Assembly: GCA_964399425.1 (NCBI GenBank)
Contig: CAYNQR010000004.1
Location: 13,076-77,075, forward strand
Length of the DNA: 64,000 nucleotides
Reading direction: 5' to 3'
DNA from: an uncultured Dehalococcoidales bacterium
GTDB taxonomy: Bacteria; Chloroflexota; Dehalococcoidia; Dehalococcoidales; UBA5627
The notes under the pieces are model-generated. The model saw only the letters and a list, made by a program, of their open reading frames with translations. It was not told where the DNA came from and did no database searches. Position numbers and translations under genes: made by a program. This document shows positions 28,149 through 38,277 of this stretch, piece after piece. Position 1 is the stretch's first letter. Each line of letters begins with the position of its first letter.

Positions 28149-29660
28149 TTACTTCCCCTTGCCGGACATTTTTATCGCCAGGTTGACCAGCGTTCTAACA
28201 GGTACCCCTGTCGCGCCTTTGACGTTGTATTTTTTATCCTTATCGGTGAAATTGGTTCCGGCGATATCCATATGCGCCCAGGGGGTATCTCCCGCGAACT
28301 CCGAGAGGAACAGCGCTGCCGTAATCGTTCCGGCGCCGCCCGAACCGCCGTTCTTGATATCGGCGACATCGCTTTTGATATTTTCCCTGTAATCCTCGAA
28401 CAACGGCAGCTGCCAGATAGCCTCTCCGGCTTCACTTCCCGATGCAATCACTTTATCCACCAGCGACTGGTCGTTACCCAAAATACCGGTGCACTGTTTT
28501 CCCAGGGCGACGACGCATGCTCCCGTCAGGGTAGCGACATCGACGATTGCCTTCGGTTTCGACTTGTTTATATATCCCAGCGCATCGCAAAGAATCAGCC
28601 TGCCCTCGGCGTCGGTGGAGATGATTTCAATCGTCTTACCCGTTAAAGCGGTTAAAATATCGCTCGGCCTGATCGCTCCGCCGTCCGGCATGTTCTCCAC
28701 CGCCGGAACAACCGCGGTAACGTTGATTTTCAGTTTCATCTGGGCAATAGCGCTGACTGCTGCCAGAACGGCAGCCCCGCCCGACATATCGGCTTTCATT
28801 TCCTCCATACCGTTTGCCGTTTTTAAAGAGATGCCTCCGGTATCGAATGTTATACCTTTTCCAACCAGTGCCAGGTCGATATCATTCGATTTTCTACCCT
28901 TATAGTCAAGAATTATCATTTTAGGAGGCTGAATGGTTCCCTGCGATACGCCCAAAAGAGCCCCCATTCCCAGTTTTTGCATATCCTCGCGTTCGAGAAC
29001 GATGATTTCCAGCTTGTTGTCCTCGGCGATTTTCCTAGCGATATCCGCCATAGCCGAAGGCGTCATATAGTTGGCGGGTTCGTTCACCATATTCCTTGCC
29101 AGGCAGACCGCTTCGGCGATTGTTTTTCCCCTGTTGCTGCCCTTCTTGATTGCATTAACCGCATCGTCCTTCGAAGAGAGAAGCGTCAGTTTCTTTACTT
29201 CTTTAAAATCGTTTTCCTTCGTGAAATACTTCCTGAATGTATACAGTCCGAGCATTGCCCCCTCGGTTATCGCCTGGGCATAATCTTCCTGCGAGAACTT
29301 CCTGCCGTCGGCGATGGAGGCTGCCGAAATCGTTATATCCGAAACCTTTTTCTGCCTCAACGCACGGCAGCTTTCGGCAACCGCAGCGCGTAATTTGTCC
29401 AATTTGAACTCATCTTTTTTACCCAACCCCACTACCGCCACACGAACGGCAGGTATTTTGCCAAGGGAATGGAAAATATTCACCTCTCCGGCTTTCCCCT
29501 TGATTTCACCCTTTTCGACGGATGTTGTAATCACCCTGCCCAGCTTCCTGTTTAAAACGCCCAGTTCCCGTCCCAGCCTTTTTTCTCCTTCGAACATGCC
29601 GACAACTACCGCGCCGGTTTCAAATTTGGTAATCTCACCGCTAACTACCCTGATATCCAA
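28149..29660 (-). CDS. pepA: Leucyl aminopeptidase (M17)
   Basis: 503 aa. M17 signature STDAEGRLILCDAL, VGKGITFDTGG, MKADMSGGA. Confidence 0.9.
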   Translation of the reverse strand: MDIRVVSGEITKFETGAVVVGMFEGEKRLGRELGVLNRKLGRVITTSVEKGEIKGKAGEVNIFHSLGKIPAVRVAVVGLGKKDEFKLDKLRAAVAESCRALRQKKVSDITISAASIADGRKFSQEDYAQAITEGAMLGLYTFRKYFTKENDFKEVKKLTLLSSKDDAVNAIKKGSNRGKTIAEAVCLARNMVNEPANYMTPSAMADIARKIAEDNKLEIIVLEREDMQKLGMGALLGVSQGTIQPPKMIILDYKGRKSNDIDLALVGKGITFDTGGISLKTANGMEEMKADMSGGAAVLAAVSAIAQMKLKINVTAVVPAVENMPDGGAIRPSDILTALTGKTIEIISTDAEGRLILCDALGYINKSKPKAIVDVATLTGACVVALGKQCTGILGNDQSLVDKVIASGSEAGEAIWQLPLFEDYRENIKSDVADIKNGGSGGAGTITAALFLSEFAGDTPWAHMDIAGTNFTDKDKKYNVKGATGVPVRTLVNLAIKMSGKGK

Positions 29661-29687
29661 TTTAAACCCCTTTCTATATCTATCCTT

Positions 29688-30284
29688 TTAAGATTTTATC
29701 TCTTCGACTATTTCTTCCATAATATTTTCATAATCAACAGATGTATCTAAAGAATAATGCTTGCGCCTTATTTTATCAACTGACTTTTTCATTCTGAGGT
29801 ATACTTTCCAATCCGCATCCGATTTGCCGTCGGGTTCTTTTTTCCTTTTATTCAGCCTGTCTTTAACCACGGACTCAGGTGCAACAACCTGTACAATGAC
29901 AAGCTTTGCGCCTGTTCTATCAGCTATATCGTAGAAATGCTGCCTGTGTTTTTCAGTAAGATTGGTGGCATCGACGATTACAGGGTACCCTTCTTTTAAT
30001 AATCTTTCACAGATTAGATGGATGGATGAGAAAAGTCTTGCGCTTTCCGGCCTGCTATGATTTGGATGCGCAATAAGAACCCGCCTCAATGCATCGCTTT
30101 CCAGCGTTACGAAAGGAAGGCGTTCGGACAATTGTCTGGAGAAATAGGTCTTGCCTGTCCCCGGCAATCCGCTAATAAGCATCAATACCGGATTTTTCCC
30201 GGCTTGCGGTAATTCCCCCAGGCTGGCGTAGAGTTTATCGGCATCGGATAGAACAGATTTTTCCATAGATAGATTATAGAACAA
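29688..30284 (-). CDS. P-loop kinase (AAA_33/zeta-toxin-like fold), substrate unknown
   Basis: Walker A ISGLPGTGKTY, then DATN and a lid region. Start uncertain: TTG at 30284 or ATG at 30266. Confidence 0.6.
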   Translation of the reverse strand: MFYNLSMEKSVLSDADKLYASLGELPQAGKNPVLMLISGLPGTGKTYFSRQLSERLPFVTLESDALRRVLIAHPNHSRPESARLFSSIHLICERLLKEGYPVIVDATNLTEKHRQHFYDIADRTGAKLVIVQVVAPESVVKDRLNKRKKEPDGKSDADWKVYLRMKKSVDKIRRKHYSLDTSVDYENIMEEIVEEIKS

Positions 30285-30324
30285 CCTTACATTTTTAATC
30301 TACGGATTGATGATAATTCGCGGC

Positions 30325-30361
30325 AAATCCCCTTTGATTCCCCTTTTCCAAAGTGGAAGAA
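30325..30361 (-). repeat. Solo terminal inverted repeat of the MITE-like element
   Basis: aaatcccctttgattccccttttccaaagtggaagaa matches the reverse complement of the right end of 62924..63084 (ttctcccactttcaaaaagggggatcaagggggattt). No second end nearby. Confidence 0.65.
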
Positions 30362-30455
30362 TCGGGCAGACAAAATTTTCATTCCGGAGGGAGTACATTT
30401 GCTTCGCTCAGTATAAATTCCATGACCGAAGAATCTCGAGGGGGTGTTCGTTACT

Positions 30456-30555
30456 ACCTCACCCCTTTTTATCTTCCCCTCTCCGCATGCGGAGAGGGGA
30501 AGATATTTTAATCCCCCTTCTCTGAAATCGGAGAAGGGGGTCAGGGGGATGAGGT
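30456..30555 (+). repeat. Family 1 double-hairpin palindromic element, full-length copy
   Basis: acctcacccc...cttcccctctccgcatgcggagaggggaag (30473-30502) ... cccccttctctgaaatcggagaaggggg (30513-30540) ... gggggatgaggt. Confidence 0.8.
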
Positions 30556-30573
30556 TTCTCCCACGCCGCCCAG

Positions 30574-30620
30574 GATGTGGAGTTCCATCTAGCGGGAACG
30601 AAATCCCGATTTATCGGGAT
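30574..30620 (+). repeat. Family 4 two-hairpin repeat, copy 2
   Basis: gatgtggagttccatctagcgggaacgaaatcccgatttatcgggat. Confidence 0.7.
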
Positions 30621-30660
30621 TTCGTTTGTCCCTCACGAATTCAGCAAGACAATACTAATT

Positions 30661-30972
30661 TTAAAACTCCGCTCTGCGGTTATTCCCCAGCTTTCCTCTG
30701 CCGTTAAAGTGATAGCTGTAAAAAGCAGATTTAACCTGTCCGCTGTCGTTGTCGCTCCATACGATGCAATCGCCCTTGCGCCCGTCTTCCAGTTCTATTC
30801 TGAATGTGCCCGTTTTTTCAAGCTTTTTGGCACATTTGAACTCACCCCACCATCTTTTTTGAGTGTATTTGGTGGCTTCCGTTTCCATAAGCTGGTAATC
30901 GACTTTGCAGATATGCAACTCGCTTTCCTTATCGATTAAGGCTCCGGTGCCGCCGCTGTAACGAAGCGCCAT
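30661..30972 (-). CDS. Small protein of unknown function, tandem paralog A
   Basis: 103 aa. Shares VDY..WWGE..IELEDGRKGxC..Y.FNGxG with 31017..31280. No signal peptide or TM. Confidence 0.45.
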   Translation of the reverse strand: MALRYSGGTGALIDKESELHICKVDYQLMETEATKYTQKRWWGEFKCAKKLEKTGTFRIELEDGRKGDCIVWSDNDSGQVKSAFYSYHFNGRGKLGNNRRAEF

Positions 30973-31016
30973 AGCGTGTTCCCTGTTTTCATTTTATTTG
31001 TCTGCCGGATTTATAT

Positions 31017-31280
31017 CTATTCGATATTACCGTTGCCGTTGAAAATATAACAAAAGAGCGGAGAAAGGCCGTAGACGGCGCGGTTAACCTTCTTCTTCAG
31101 TGAACACCTGCCTCTTCTGCCGTCTTCCAGTTCTATGATATATCCGTTGCCTTCGGAAATCTTTTTATATTCCGAGAGGGTCAGCTCTCCCCACCAGTTT
31201 TGAGAAATTCCGTTAAAATATTTATAATCTACTTCCGCTATCAGTTCTCCATCGTAGTTATACAATTTTCCCTGGCTCAT
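31017..31280 (-). CDS. Small protein of unknown function, tandem paralog B
   Basis: 87 aa. NWWGELTL...IIELEDGRRGRC...YIFNGNG aligns to paralog A. Confidence 0.45.
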   Translation of the reverse strand: MSQGKLYNYDGELIAEVDYKYFNGISQNWWGELTLSEYKKISEGNGYIIELEDGRRGRCSLKKKVNRAVYGLSPLFCYIFNGNGNIE

Positions 31281-31303
31281 TTAATCCCCTTCTTGCAATT
31301 TAA

Positions 31304-32431
31304 TTAAAGTATTATCAGGTTGTTGCGGTGTATCACTTCCGCACCCGAGTCATGCCCCAGCAAAGCGGCAATCTGTTTTGAATGTGCTCCCATAATCGTT
31401 TCGACCTCGGCGGAGCCGTAGTTGGTTATGCCGCAGCCGATGCGAACCCCTTCCGCATCCAGTATATTGACGATATCGCCTCTCTGGTATTTACCCTGGC
31501 TTGCGCGTATTCCGGCTGCTAAAAGGCTGCCGTTCTTTTGTTTCAGAGCGTTCACCGCCCCTTCATCGACAGTCAGCTTGCCCTTGATGCACAATCCGCT
31601 TACCATCCAGCGTTTGCGGCTGTCTATATGTTTCGGCGCCGGAACGAAAAGCGTACCTGTTTCCTCACCGTTTGCTATCCGTTGAAGGATATCAGGCTCA
31701 TGACCGTTGGCAATTATAACCGGAATACCTGAAGCCGTAGCCAGCCTGGCGGCTTCGATTTTGGTAACCATACCTCCGGTGCCGAGGTTGCTGCCTGCAT
31801 TTCCTGCCAGCCTTTCGATTTCGGGAGTTATTTTATCGACCCGCTTAATCAGAGTGGCATCCGGGTTGCAGCGCGGGTCGGAGCTATACAAGCCGCCGAT
31901 ATCCGTAAGTAACATCAACAGGTCGGCATCTATCAGGTTGGCAACCATTGCCGAGAGGTTATCGTTATCACCGAATTTGGCTTCGTGAAGTTCGTCGATA
32001 GCCACTACATCATTCTCGTTGATAATGCCGATGACCTTCAACTCCATCAAATTTAAAAGAGTATTACGCGCATTGAGATATCCCGCCCTGTCCGAAAGGT
32101 CGGCCTTGGTGAGCAGCGCCTGCGCTATGACGATGTCGTGCCTGTCGAAAAGCTGCTCGTAAACGTTCATCAATCTCGCCTGTCCGACGGCTGCCAATAC
32201 CTGTTTATAGGGAACGCCCTTTATTCCGTCGGCTTTACCCAGTTTATGCCTTCCGGCGGCGATAGCGCCCGAAGTTACCAGAATTATTTCAATTCCCTGT
32301 TTGTGCAATGCTACTATCTGCGAAACCAGCGACGACATCATTTCGACATCGAGAGACTGCCTGCCGTTGGTAAGCAGGTTGGAACCGAGTTTGATGACTA
32401 TTCTTTTATAGGGCAATGCCGAATTCTTCAT
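31304..32431 (-). CDS. proB: Glutamate 5-kinase with C-terminal PUA domain
   Basis: [41 protein letters not shown] motifs; 375 aa. Confidence 0.9.
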   Translation of the reverse strand: MKNSALPYKRIVIKLGSNLLTNGRQSLDVEMMSSLVSQIVALHKQGIEIILVTSGAIAAGRHKLGKADGIKGVPYKQVLAAVGQARLMNVYEQLFDRHDIVIAQALLTKADLSDRAGYLNARNTLLNLMELKVIGIINENDVVAIDELHEAKFGDNDNLSAMVANLIDADLLMLLTDIGGLYSSDPRCNPDATLIKRVDKITPEIERLAGNAGSNLGTGGMVTKIEAARLATASGIPVIIANGHEPDILQRIANGEETGTLFVPAPKHIDSRKRWMVSGLCIKGKLTVDEGAVNALKQKNGSLLAAGIRASQGKYQRGDIVNILDAEGVRIGCGITNYGSAEVETIMGAHSKQIAALLGHDSGAEVIHRNNLIIL

Positions 32432-32567
32432 TAAATTATCCGCTATATTTCAACCATTATAGCAATGCGCACGCAGTTGGACAAGCAAGGGTGGTATGAT
32501 ACAATTTATGAGACGGGCTAGTTCGTGATGACTAGCCCTAAAGGCGTTTGTTAAAGGGAATGATGAT

Positions 32568-35500
32568 TTGAATAATATACTTGGTCTGATATCGGAGATG
32601 CCGGAATACGGGCGGCTATTGGAGCAAATCAGGAATCGAAGGGAAATTGGCGCTGTGCCGCTTTTAAATGCCGCCAAACCGTATCTGCTCGCCGCCCTGT
32701 ATCAGGATTTAAAAATTCCGTTGATAGTAATCACGGCTAAAGCGGATAACGCCAGCAGGTTGAAAGACCAGGTTGTCGCCTGGTGCGGTTCCGATAATAA
32801 CATAGACCTTTTCCCCGAACCGGATACATTGCCGTATCAAAGGGTGGCATCGGACAATTTCAACGAACCGGAAAAAATCCGCCTGCTGTCGGTTTTATCG
32901 AAGTATCAAAAAGGCAGTCAGCCGCCGCTGATAATTATGTCCGCTCAATCGCTGATGCAGAGAGTTACTTCGCTTGAAGATTTCAGGTCGTCGTATCACA
33001 CTATTCAGCAGGGAATGCAGGCTGACCCGTATGAACTGTTAAAGAAGTGGCAATCACTGGGTTACAAGAGCGAGAGCATCGTCGAACTGCCGGGCGGTAT
33101 GAGCCATCGCGGCGGCATTCTCGATATTTATCCCCTTACATCCGCTAAACCGGTCAGGCTGGAGTTTATGGGCAATACCATAGACAGCCTGCGTTTTTTC
33201 GACCCGCAAACGCAGCGTTCCCTTGAACCTGTTTCCGCTATCGAAATCGGGCTGGCAGCGGAAATGATTTCTCCGCTCTTGATGGATTCGTCAGAATTGA
33301 AAAAAACAATCGATGCTATCGATTTAACCAGCTGCAATAGCGATGTGAGAATGCAGTTCAGGCAGGACTTTAACCTGTTTTTGGAAAGGCAAATGCCGGC
33401 AGGGAAGCAGTTTTATGCGCCGTTATTCGATACCGGCAACGTTTTGGACTATCTTCCGGCGGATTCCCTGGTTATCCTCGATGAAGAGCAAAATCTTTAT
33501 CAGAACATCGAATTTCTGGGTGCTGAAGCGGAGCAGTTAAGACAGGATAAACTGGCAAAGCGGGAATTGCCAGGCAATTTCCCATCGCCGTATTTTGCAG
33601 GCGCAGATATACAATCGCGTTTGCATGACAGACAGAAATTGAATCTGGTTTCCTGGGGGGATGCCTCCCGACTCGTTTTTTCGTCCGTTCAGAATTTCGG
33701 CGGCAATCTGCCTGCCTTCGTAAATGAAGTGAGAAGTCTGCTGGCGTCTAAAAAGAGAGTGGTCGTAATTACGCATCAAGCAAAACGACTGTCCGAAATG
33801 CTCTCCGATGAGGGCGTTTTCAGCATTAATCTCGATAAGGAAAATGGAAAAACCCCCGCATTCGGGGAAATATCGATTGCCGGAGGCGCGGCAACCGACG
33901 GCTGGATAATGAACGGCAATACCTGTCTCTTTACCGATAGCGAAATCTTCGGCTTTATCAAGCAAAGAAGATTCGCTAAAAAACGTCCGGTAGCGAAAAT
34001 AAAACTCTATGAAGATATCAATCCCGGCGACTATGTGGTGCATATCGAGCACGGCATTGCCAAATTTACCGGCTTTGCCAGAATGGGCGCTTCTTCTATC
34101 GAATATATGTTACTGGAATATGCGGAAGGCGACAGGTTGTATGTACCCGTCGACCAGATAGACCGTGTCGGTCGTTATATCGGCGGCAGCGATAAAATTC
34201 CGGCGCTTAACCGTCTGGGAACACAGGATTGGGCAAGAGCCAGGCAGAAAGCTCAAAAATCGGTCGAAGATGTGGCTGAAGAGTTATTGAATCTCTATGC
34301 GGCAAGGGAGGTGGCTTCGGGCTTTGCCTTTTCTGCGGATACCGTCTGGCAGCAGGAGATGGAAGCCTCTTTTCCGTATGTGGAAACGCCAGACCAGATG
34401 ACGGTGCAGGAAGAAGTAAAAGAGGATATGGCTAAAGCCAAGCCGATGGACAGGTTGATTATGGGGGATGTCGGCTACGGTAAAACCGAGGTAGCCCTGC
34501 GCGCCGCTTTCAAGGCGGTGATGGACAACAAGCAGGTGGCGGTGCTGGTGCCGACGACAGTGCTTGCCGAGCAGCATTATGCCACTTTTTCCCAGAGGTT
34601 AAAGGCGTTTCCTGTCAGAGTCGAAGTCCTGAGCCGCTTCCGTACACATAAACAGCAGCAGGAAATCATCTCAAGGCTGGCCGAAGGCAAGGTGGATATC
34701 TGCATCGGCACGCATCGCCTGATACAAAAGGATGTCGTTTTTAAAGACCTGGGTCTCTTAATTATCGATGAGGAACAGCGATTCGGTGTAAACCACAAGG
34801 AATATCTGAAAAACATCCGCAAAGAAGTGGATGTATTGGCGATGAGCGCCACGCCCATCCCGCGCACGCTGCACATGTCGCTGGCGGGGGTGCGAGATAT
34901 GAGTATCATCGAAACCCCTCCGGAAGAAAGGCTGCCGGTAAGAACCTATGTCGCCGAGTACGACGGGCAGCTGGTAAAAGAAGCGATTATGAAGGAACTG
35001 GAACGCAGCGGACAGGTCTTTTTCGTGCATAACCGCGTGCAGAGTATCCGGATGATAGCCGAAAAGGTCAGGGAACTGGTACCCTCGGCAAGGATTGCCG
35101 TGGCTCACGGGCGTATGACTGAAGTCGATCTGGAAAGCGCGATGTCCGATTTCTCGCGCGGCGATATCGATATCCTCGTGTGTACCACTATTATCGAATC
35201 CGGGCTGGACGTTCCCAATGCCAATACGCTTATTATCAATCAGGCGGATAAATTCGGTTTGACGCAGCTTTACCAGTTGAGGGGCAGGGTGGGGCGGGGA
35301 GCCAACCTGGCTTACGCCTATTTTCTTTACGATAAAGGCAAGCGCATCACCGAAGAAGCGCGTCAGCGTCTGAATGTCATCTACGAAGCTACAGAATTGG
35401 GCGCCGGCGCAAGCATAGCTATGAAAGACCTGGAGATCAGGGGCGCCGGCAATTTGCTCGGAATGAAGCAGAGCGGACATATCAATGCCGTCGGCTTCAG

Positions 35501-36005
35501 TTTATATACACGCCTGCTTTCCGAGGCGGTAGCTGATATCAGGTACAGGCAAAAAGGGGAGCAAGCGCCGCGTGTGAAGCATATGCCGCAGTCGACTGTC
35601 GATTTGCCGTTTACCGCTTTGATGCCCGAATGGTATGTCAGCGATGTAGCGGTCAGATTGAATCTCTATCACAGGATAGCGGATATAAAAAATGAAGATG
35701 AGTTAAAGAATCTGTCGCAGGAGTTTAACGACCGATTCGGAGCTTTGCCGCAGGAGGTTAAAAACCTGCTGTTTGTCGTGTATATAAGGTTGAAGGCAGG
35801 TATGGCAGGGGTAAAATCGATTGTTACCGAGGATGGAAATATCGTTATCCGCTTATCGGAGGGATTGCAGCTCGACAGGCAAAAAACGGCGCGTCTGCCG
35901 AAGAGCGGGATAACACTGGGAAGAACTCAATTGAATATCGAGTACACAAAATTTGGAAAGGATTGGGGGAAAGCACTGGAAAAAGTGCTGGATATCATCA
36001 AATAA
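32568..36005 (+). CDS. mfd: Transcription-repair coupling factor
   Basis: 1145 aa. UvrB-like N-terminus, CarD/TRCF RID (GDYVVHIEHGIAKF), SF2 helicase motifs GDVGYGKTEVA, IIDEEQRFG, SATPIPRTL, QLRGRVGRG. TTG start. Confidence 0.95.
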   Translation: MNNILGLISEMPEYGRLLEQIRNRREIGAVPLLNAAKPYLLAALYQDLKIPLIVITAKADNASRLKDQVVAWCGSDNNIDLFPEPDTLPYQRVASDNFNEPEKIRLLSVLSKYQKGSQPPLIIMSAQSLMQRVTSLEDFRSSYHTIQQGMQADPYELLKKWQSLGYKSESIVELPGGMSHRGGILDIYPLTSAKPVRLEFMGNTIDSLRFFDPQTQRSLEPVSAIEIGLAAEMISPLLMDSSELKKTIDAIDLTSCNSDVRMQFRQDFNLFLERQMPAGKQFYAPLFDTGNVLDYLPADSLVILDEEQNLYQNIEFLGAEAEQLRQDKLAKRELPGNFPSPYFAGADIQSRLHDRQKLNLVSWGDASRLVFSSVQNFGGNLPAFVNEVRSLLASKKRVVVITHQAKRLSEMLSDEGVFSINLDKENGKTPAFGEISIAGGAATDGWIMNGNTCLFTDSEIFGFIKQRRFAKKRPVAKIKLYEDINPGDYVVHIEHGIAKFTGFARMGASSIEYMLLEYAEGDRLYVPVDQIDRVGRYIGGSDKIPALNRLGTQDWARARQKAQKSVEDVAEELLNLYAAREVASGFAFSADTVWQQEMEASFPYVETPDQMTVQEEVKEDMAKAKPMDRLIMGDVGYGKTEVALRAAFKAVMDNKQVAVLVPTTVLAEQHYATFSQRLKAFPVRVEVLSRFRTHKQQQEIISRLAEGKVDICIGTHRLIQKDVVFKDLGLLIIDEEQRFGVNHKEYLKNIRKEVDVLAMSATPIPRTLHMSLAGVRDMSIIETPPEERLPVRTYVAEYDGQLVKEAIMKELERSGQVFFVHNRVQSIRMIAEKVRELVPSARIAVAHGRMTEVDLESAMSDFSRGDIDILVCTTIIESGLDVPNANTLIINQADKFGLTQLYQLRGRVGRGANLAYAYFLYDKGKRITEEARQRLNVIYEATELGAGASIAMKDLEIRGAGNLLGMKQSGHINAVGFSLYTRLLSEAVADIRYRQKGEQAPRVKHMPQSTVDLPFTALMPEWYVSDVAVRLNLYHRIADIKNEDELKNLSQEFNDRFGALPQEVKNLLFVVYIRLKAGMAGVKSIVTEDGNIVIRLSEGLQLDRQKTARLPKSGITLGRTQLNIEYTKFGKDWGKALEKVLDIIK

Positions 36006-36045
36006 ACGTAAACGGCAAAATATAATCCATCTTATTTAGCAATGA

Positions 36046-36414
36046 CTATTTGCCGCGCCTGTTTTTGAACATTTTATTAATAAACGAACGTTTTTTAGCG
36101 GGTTTGGCATCGCTGAGATTTGCATAACCAGCTGTTCCGTCCGGTTGTGTTTTTCGTTTATCCGCAGAGCCAAGATTCCTGATATAGTCGATGGCATCCT
36201 GTACCGTCTTGATACTTTCGGCATCTTCATCCGGTATACTGAGCGCATGCTCTGGGGTGCTGAATTCTTCTTCCATTGCCATTGTCATCTCTACCATATC
36301 GAGAGAGTCGGCGTTTAAATCCTCCACTAAACGGGCATTGGGCGCTATTTCGCTTTCGACTAAACCGAGTTGATTGGCAATAATTTTTCTAATTCTTTCT
36401 GAAACCGTCGCCAT
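36046..36414 (-). CDS. Acyl carrier protein-like protein with ~40-aa basic C-terminal extension
   Basis: The first ~80 aa match the ACP fold with the phosphopantetheine site [11 protein letters not shown]. Tail is ..[37 protein letters not shown]. Confidence 0.7.
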   Translation of the reverse strand: MATVSERIRKIIANQLGLVESEIAPNARLVEDLNADSLDMVEMTMAMEEEFSTPEHALSIPDEDAESIKTVQDAIDYIRNLGSADKRKTQPDGTAGYANLSDAKPAKKRSFINKMFKNRRGK

Positions 36415-36428
36415 CGTTCACCTCCATT

Positions 36429-36842
36429 TTACTCTCTGGTTGCCAGGTTGCTGACGGAGCTTAATACCCCGTTAATGAACCTCGGCGAGCTGTCGCTGCC
36501 GAAGCTTTTAGCCAGCTCGACAGCTTCATTTATAGCTACTTTGATCGGTGTCTTATTATCGAACAAGAGTTCGTATATTGCAAGCCTGAGGATATTGCGG
36601 TCGATAACGGAAATCTGGGCGATAGGCCAGGTGGGAGCGAATTTCTTGATATTGGCATCGATTGGTTTTTTATTATCGAGCACGCCGGATACCAGTTCTT
36701 TAACGAACCCGATATTTTCCTCGGTCAATGCTTCTTCGGCAAGCGAATGCTGTATTACATCTTCCGGTTTATGCCCCACCGAATCCACTTCATACAATAC
36801 CTGAAGTGCCACTGCCCTGGATTTTCTTCTGGCTCCTGTCAT
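36429..36842 (-). CDS. nusB: Transcription antitermination factor NusB
   Basis: 137 aa. RxxARxxALQxLY start, [21 protein letters not shown] motifs. Confidence 0.9.
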   Translation of the reverse strand: MTGARRKSRAVALQVLYEVDSVGHKPEDVIQHSLAEEALTEENIGFVKELVSGVLDNKKPIDANIKKFAPTWPIAQISVIDRNILRLAIYELLFDNKTPIKVAINEAVELAKSFGSDSSPRFINGVLSSVSNLATRE

Positions 36843-37203
36843 CTTTTAACTCCGCTTGCTCGAAATTGTCGGATTATATTATATCACTGCTTTATTATCT
36901 GGTGGTAATCCGCAGGTACTTCCTTGCTATCGGCAGACAAAGGATACCTTTATTATTATTGTATTCTATAAATGGAAAATTTCAAGCAGATTTCGTTTCG
37001 GGTAATTTAAGGCATCACCGGAAACGTTACTGTTTATGGTCATGGTATCTACGACCGGGAAACATAAATAATCATAAATAAGGCCGCTTTCATTCATTTA
37101 ATACCGGCGCGCCGGTTATAGAATATGAGCGACCTTAAATGATTAAAATCAAATTACTTTTCAGATTTATCGGATGAAAGCAATGCCGGATTAATAAAGC
37201 GGT

Positions 37204-37404
37204 TTATTTCGATTTCTTTTTCGGGCTCTTTATTTCCACTGCTTCTCTGCCGTCGTAGTTTCCGCAGGTTGCACAAGCATGATGCGGAAGTTTAGCGCTG
37301 CCGCATTGAGGGCAATTCATAAGGGCTTTCGGCGTCAAAGCGAGATGACTGCGTCTTTCTCCCTGCCTTGCTTTGGCCGTTTTGCGTTTAGGTAATGGTG
37401 TCAT
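37204..37404 (-). CDS. rpmF: 50S ribosomal protein L32 (zinc-ribbon form)
   Basis: [20 protein letters not shown].. with CPQCG...CATCG. Confidence 0.9.
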   Translation of the reverse strand: MTPLPKRKTAKARQGERRSHLALTPKALMNCPQCGSAKLPHHACATCGNYDGREAVEIKSPKKKSK

Positions 37405-37471
37405 ACTTTACTCCGTTTCTAATCCTTTGATATAACTATCTATCTTACCATAATGGTATAAAATTTTAAAA

Positions 37472-37888
37472 TCAGCCGCCGTCGCAGTTTTTATCGCAAA
37501 GGGGTTTTATCGGTACGGCAAGCAGCGAATACTGCCTGATAGCCTCGGTCAGGTCGAGTATCTGGTGTTCGTCGATGGTAAAGCTGTCCGATTCTTCGGG
37601 GGATGCCGCCGGGGAATCGCTTCCCATATCGAGAACCGGAAAGAATTCCTCTTCGATAATTACCTCGAGCGGGCAACTGAAATCTTGCAGACAGCGGGCG
37701 CAGGTCGTTTTAAGTGACGCACTGAACCGGCCTTTCACCAGTATGCTGCGGTTGGTGCGGATTAATTTAACATAACCTTTGACCGGAATGATTAAATCGT
37801 CTTCCTTATCATCGATTGTTTCATCGATTTCGTAATCGCGTGAAGCGCCTATCGATTCTTTAAGCAACCCGGAAACATTAATTTGCAC
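37472..37888 (-). CDS. yceD: YceD/DUF177 family protein
   Basis: Immediately upstream of rpmF, as is typical. Acidic protein with CARC...C..NCDG and the usual DUF177 layout. Confidence 0.75.
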   Translation of the reverse strand: MQINVSGLLKESIGASRDYEIDETIDDKEDDLIIPVKGYVKLIRTNRSILVKGRFSASLKTTCARCLQDFSCPLEVIIEEEFFPVLDMGSDSPAASPEESDSFTIDEHQILDLTEAIRQYSLLAVPIKPLCDKNCDGG

Positions 37889-38040
37889 GATTATTCCTTG
37901 TAGTTAATTTACTCTAATTATACTCAGGCAAACGATGTTACTGCAAACTCGATATAATATATGCCGCCAATATTTACCCGATTTGACAGGTATAATCCTT
38001 CAATCTATAATCCAGTTATATTTATCGAGGGGGGATTTCG

Positions 38041-38271
38041 ATGAACGCACGAGCTTATGTATTGGTGGAGACAGCGGTAGGTAAAACCAAGACCGTTGTA
38101 ACCGCTATGAAAAAAATGGAAGGCATCAAGTCGGTCGATACCGTTACCGGACCGTATGATGTTATTGCCATCGTAGAAGCGGATACATTGAACGATGTAG
38201 GGGATATTATCACCGGCAGGATTCATTCAATAGAGGGGATATCCCGCACGGTAACCTGTCTGGTAGTTTAA
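38041..38271 (+). CDS. Stand-alone Lrp/AsnC-type ligand-binding (RAM) domain protein
   Basis: 76 aa. AYVLVETAVGKTKTVVTAMKKMEGIKSVDTVTGPYDVIAIVEA has the typical beta-alpha-beta-beta-alpha-beta RAM pattern. Confidence 0.6.
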   Translation: MNARAYVLVETAVGKTKTVVTAMKKMEGIKSVDTVTGPYDVIAIVEADTLNDVGDIITGRIHSIEGISRTVTCLVV

Positions 38272-38277
38272 CCGAAG

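Noticed and set aside
30307-30707. ORFs 30307..30525 and 30444..30707. The same applies to 23734..23943, 24068..24289, 27547..27885, 40488..40775, 48639..48890, 48771..49028, 59106..59291, 59322..59570, 61623..61829 and 62906..63235.
   Set aside because: They lie entirely in repeat mosaics, lack SD sequences, and their 'proteins' are translations of hairpin modules (e.g. SPLIPLFQSGRI, PLRMRRGED).
29688-31280. P-loop kinase plus the two small paralogs as a toxin-antitoxin or defence module
   Set aside because: The kinase is separated from the small genes by a 376-bp repeat-filled gap. There are no recognisable toxin, antitoxin or nuclease domains and no operon structure, so the evidence is insufficient.
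36843-37203. 361-bp gap between rpmF and nusB with no ORF and none of the repeat modules; considered as an ncRNA locus
   Set aside because: I could not recognise any known RNA family (SRP, 6S, RNase P, tmRNA signatures absent). I saw only weak hairpins (accggcgcgccggt at about 37103-37116). A likely TGaTATAAT promoter for nusB (36879-36887, minus strand) explains part of the gap.
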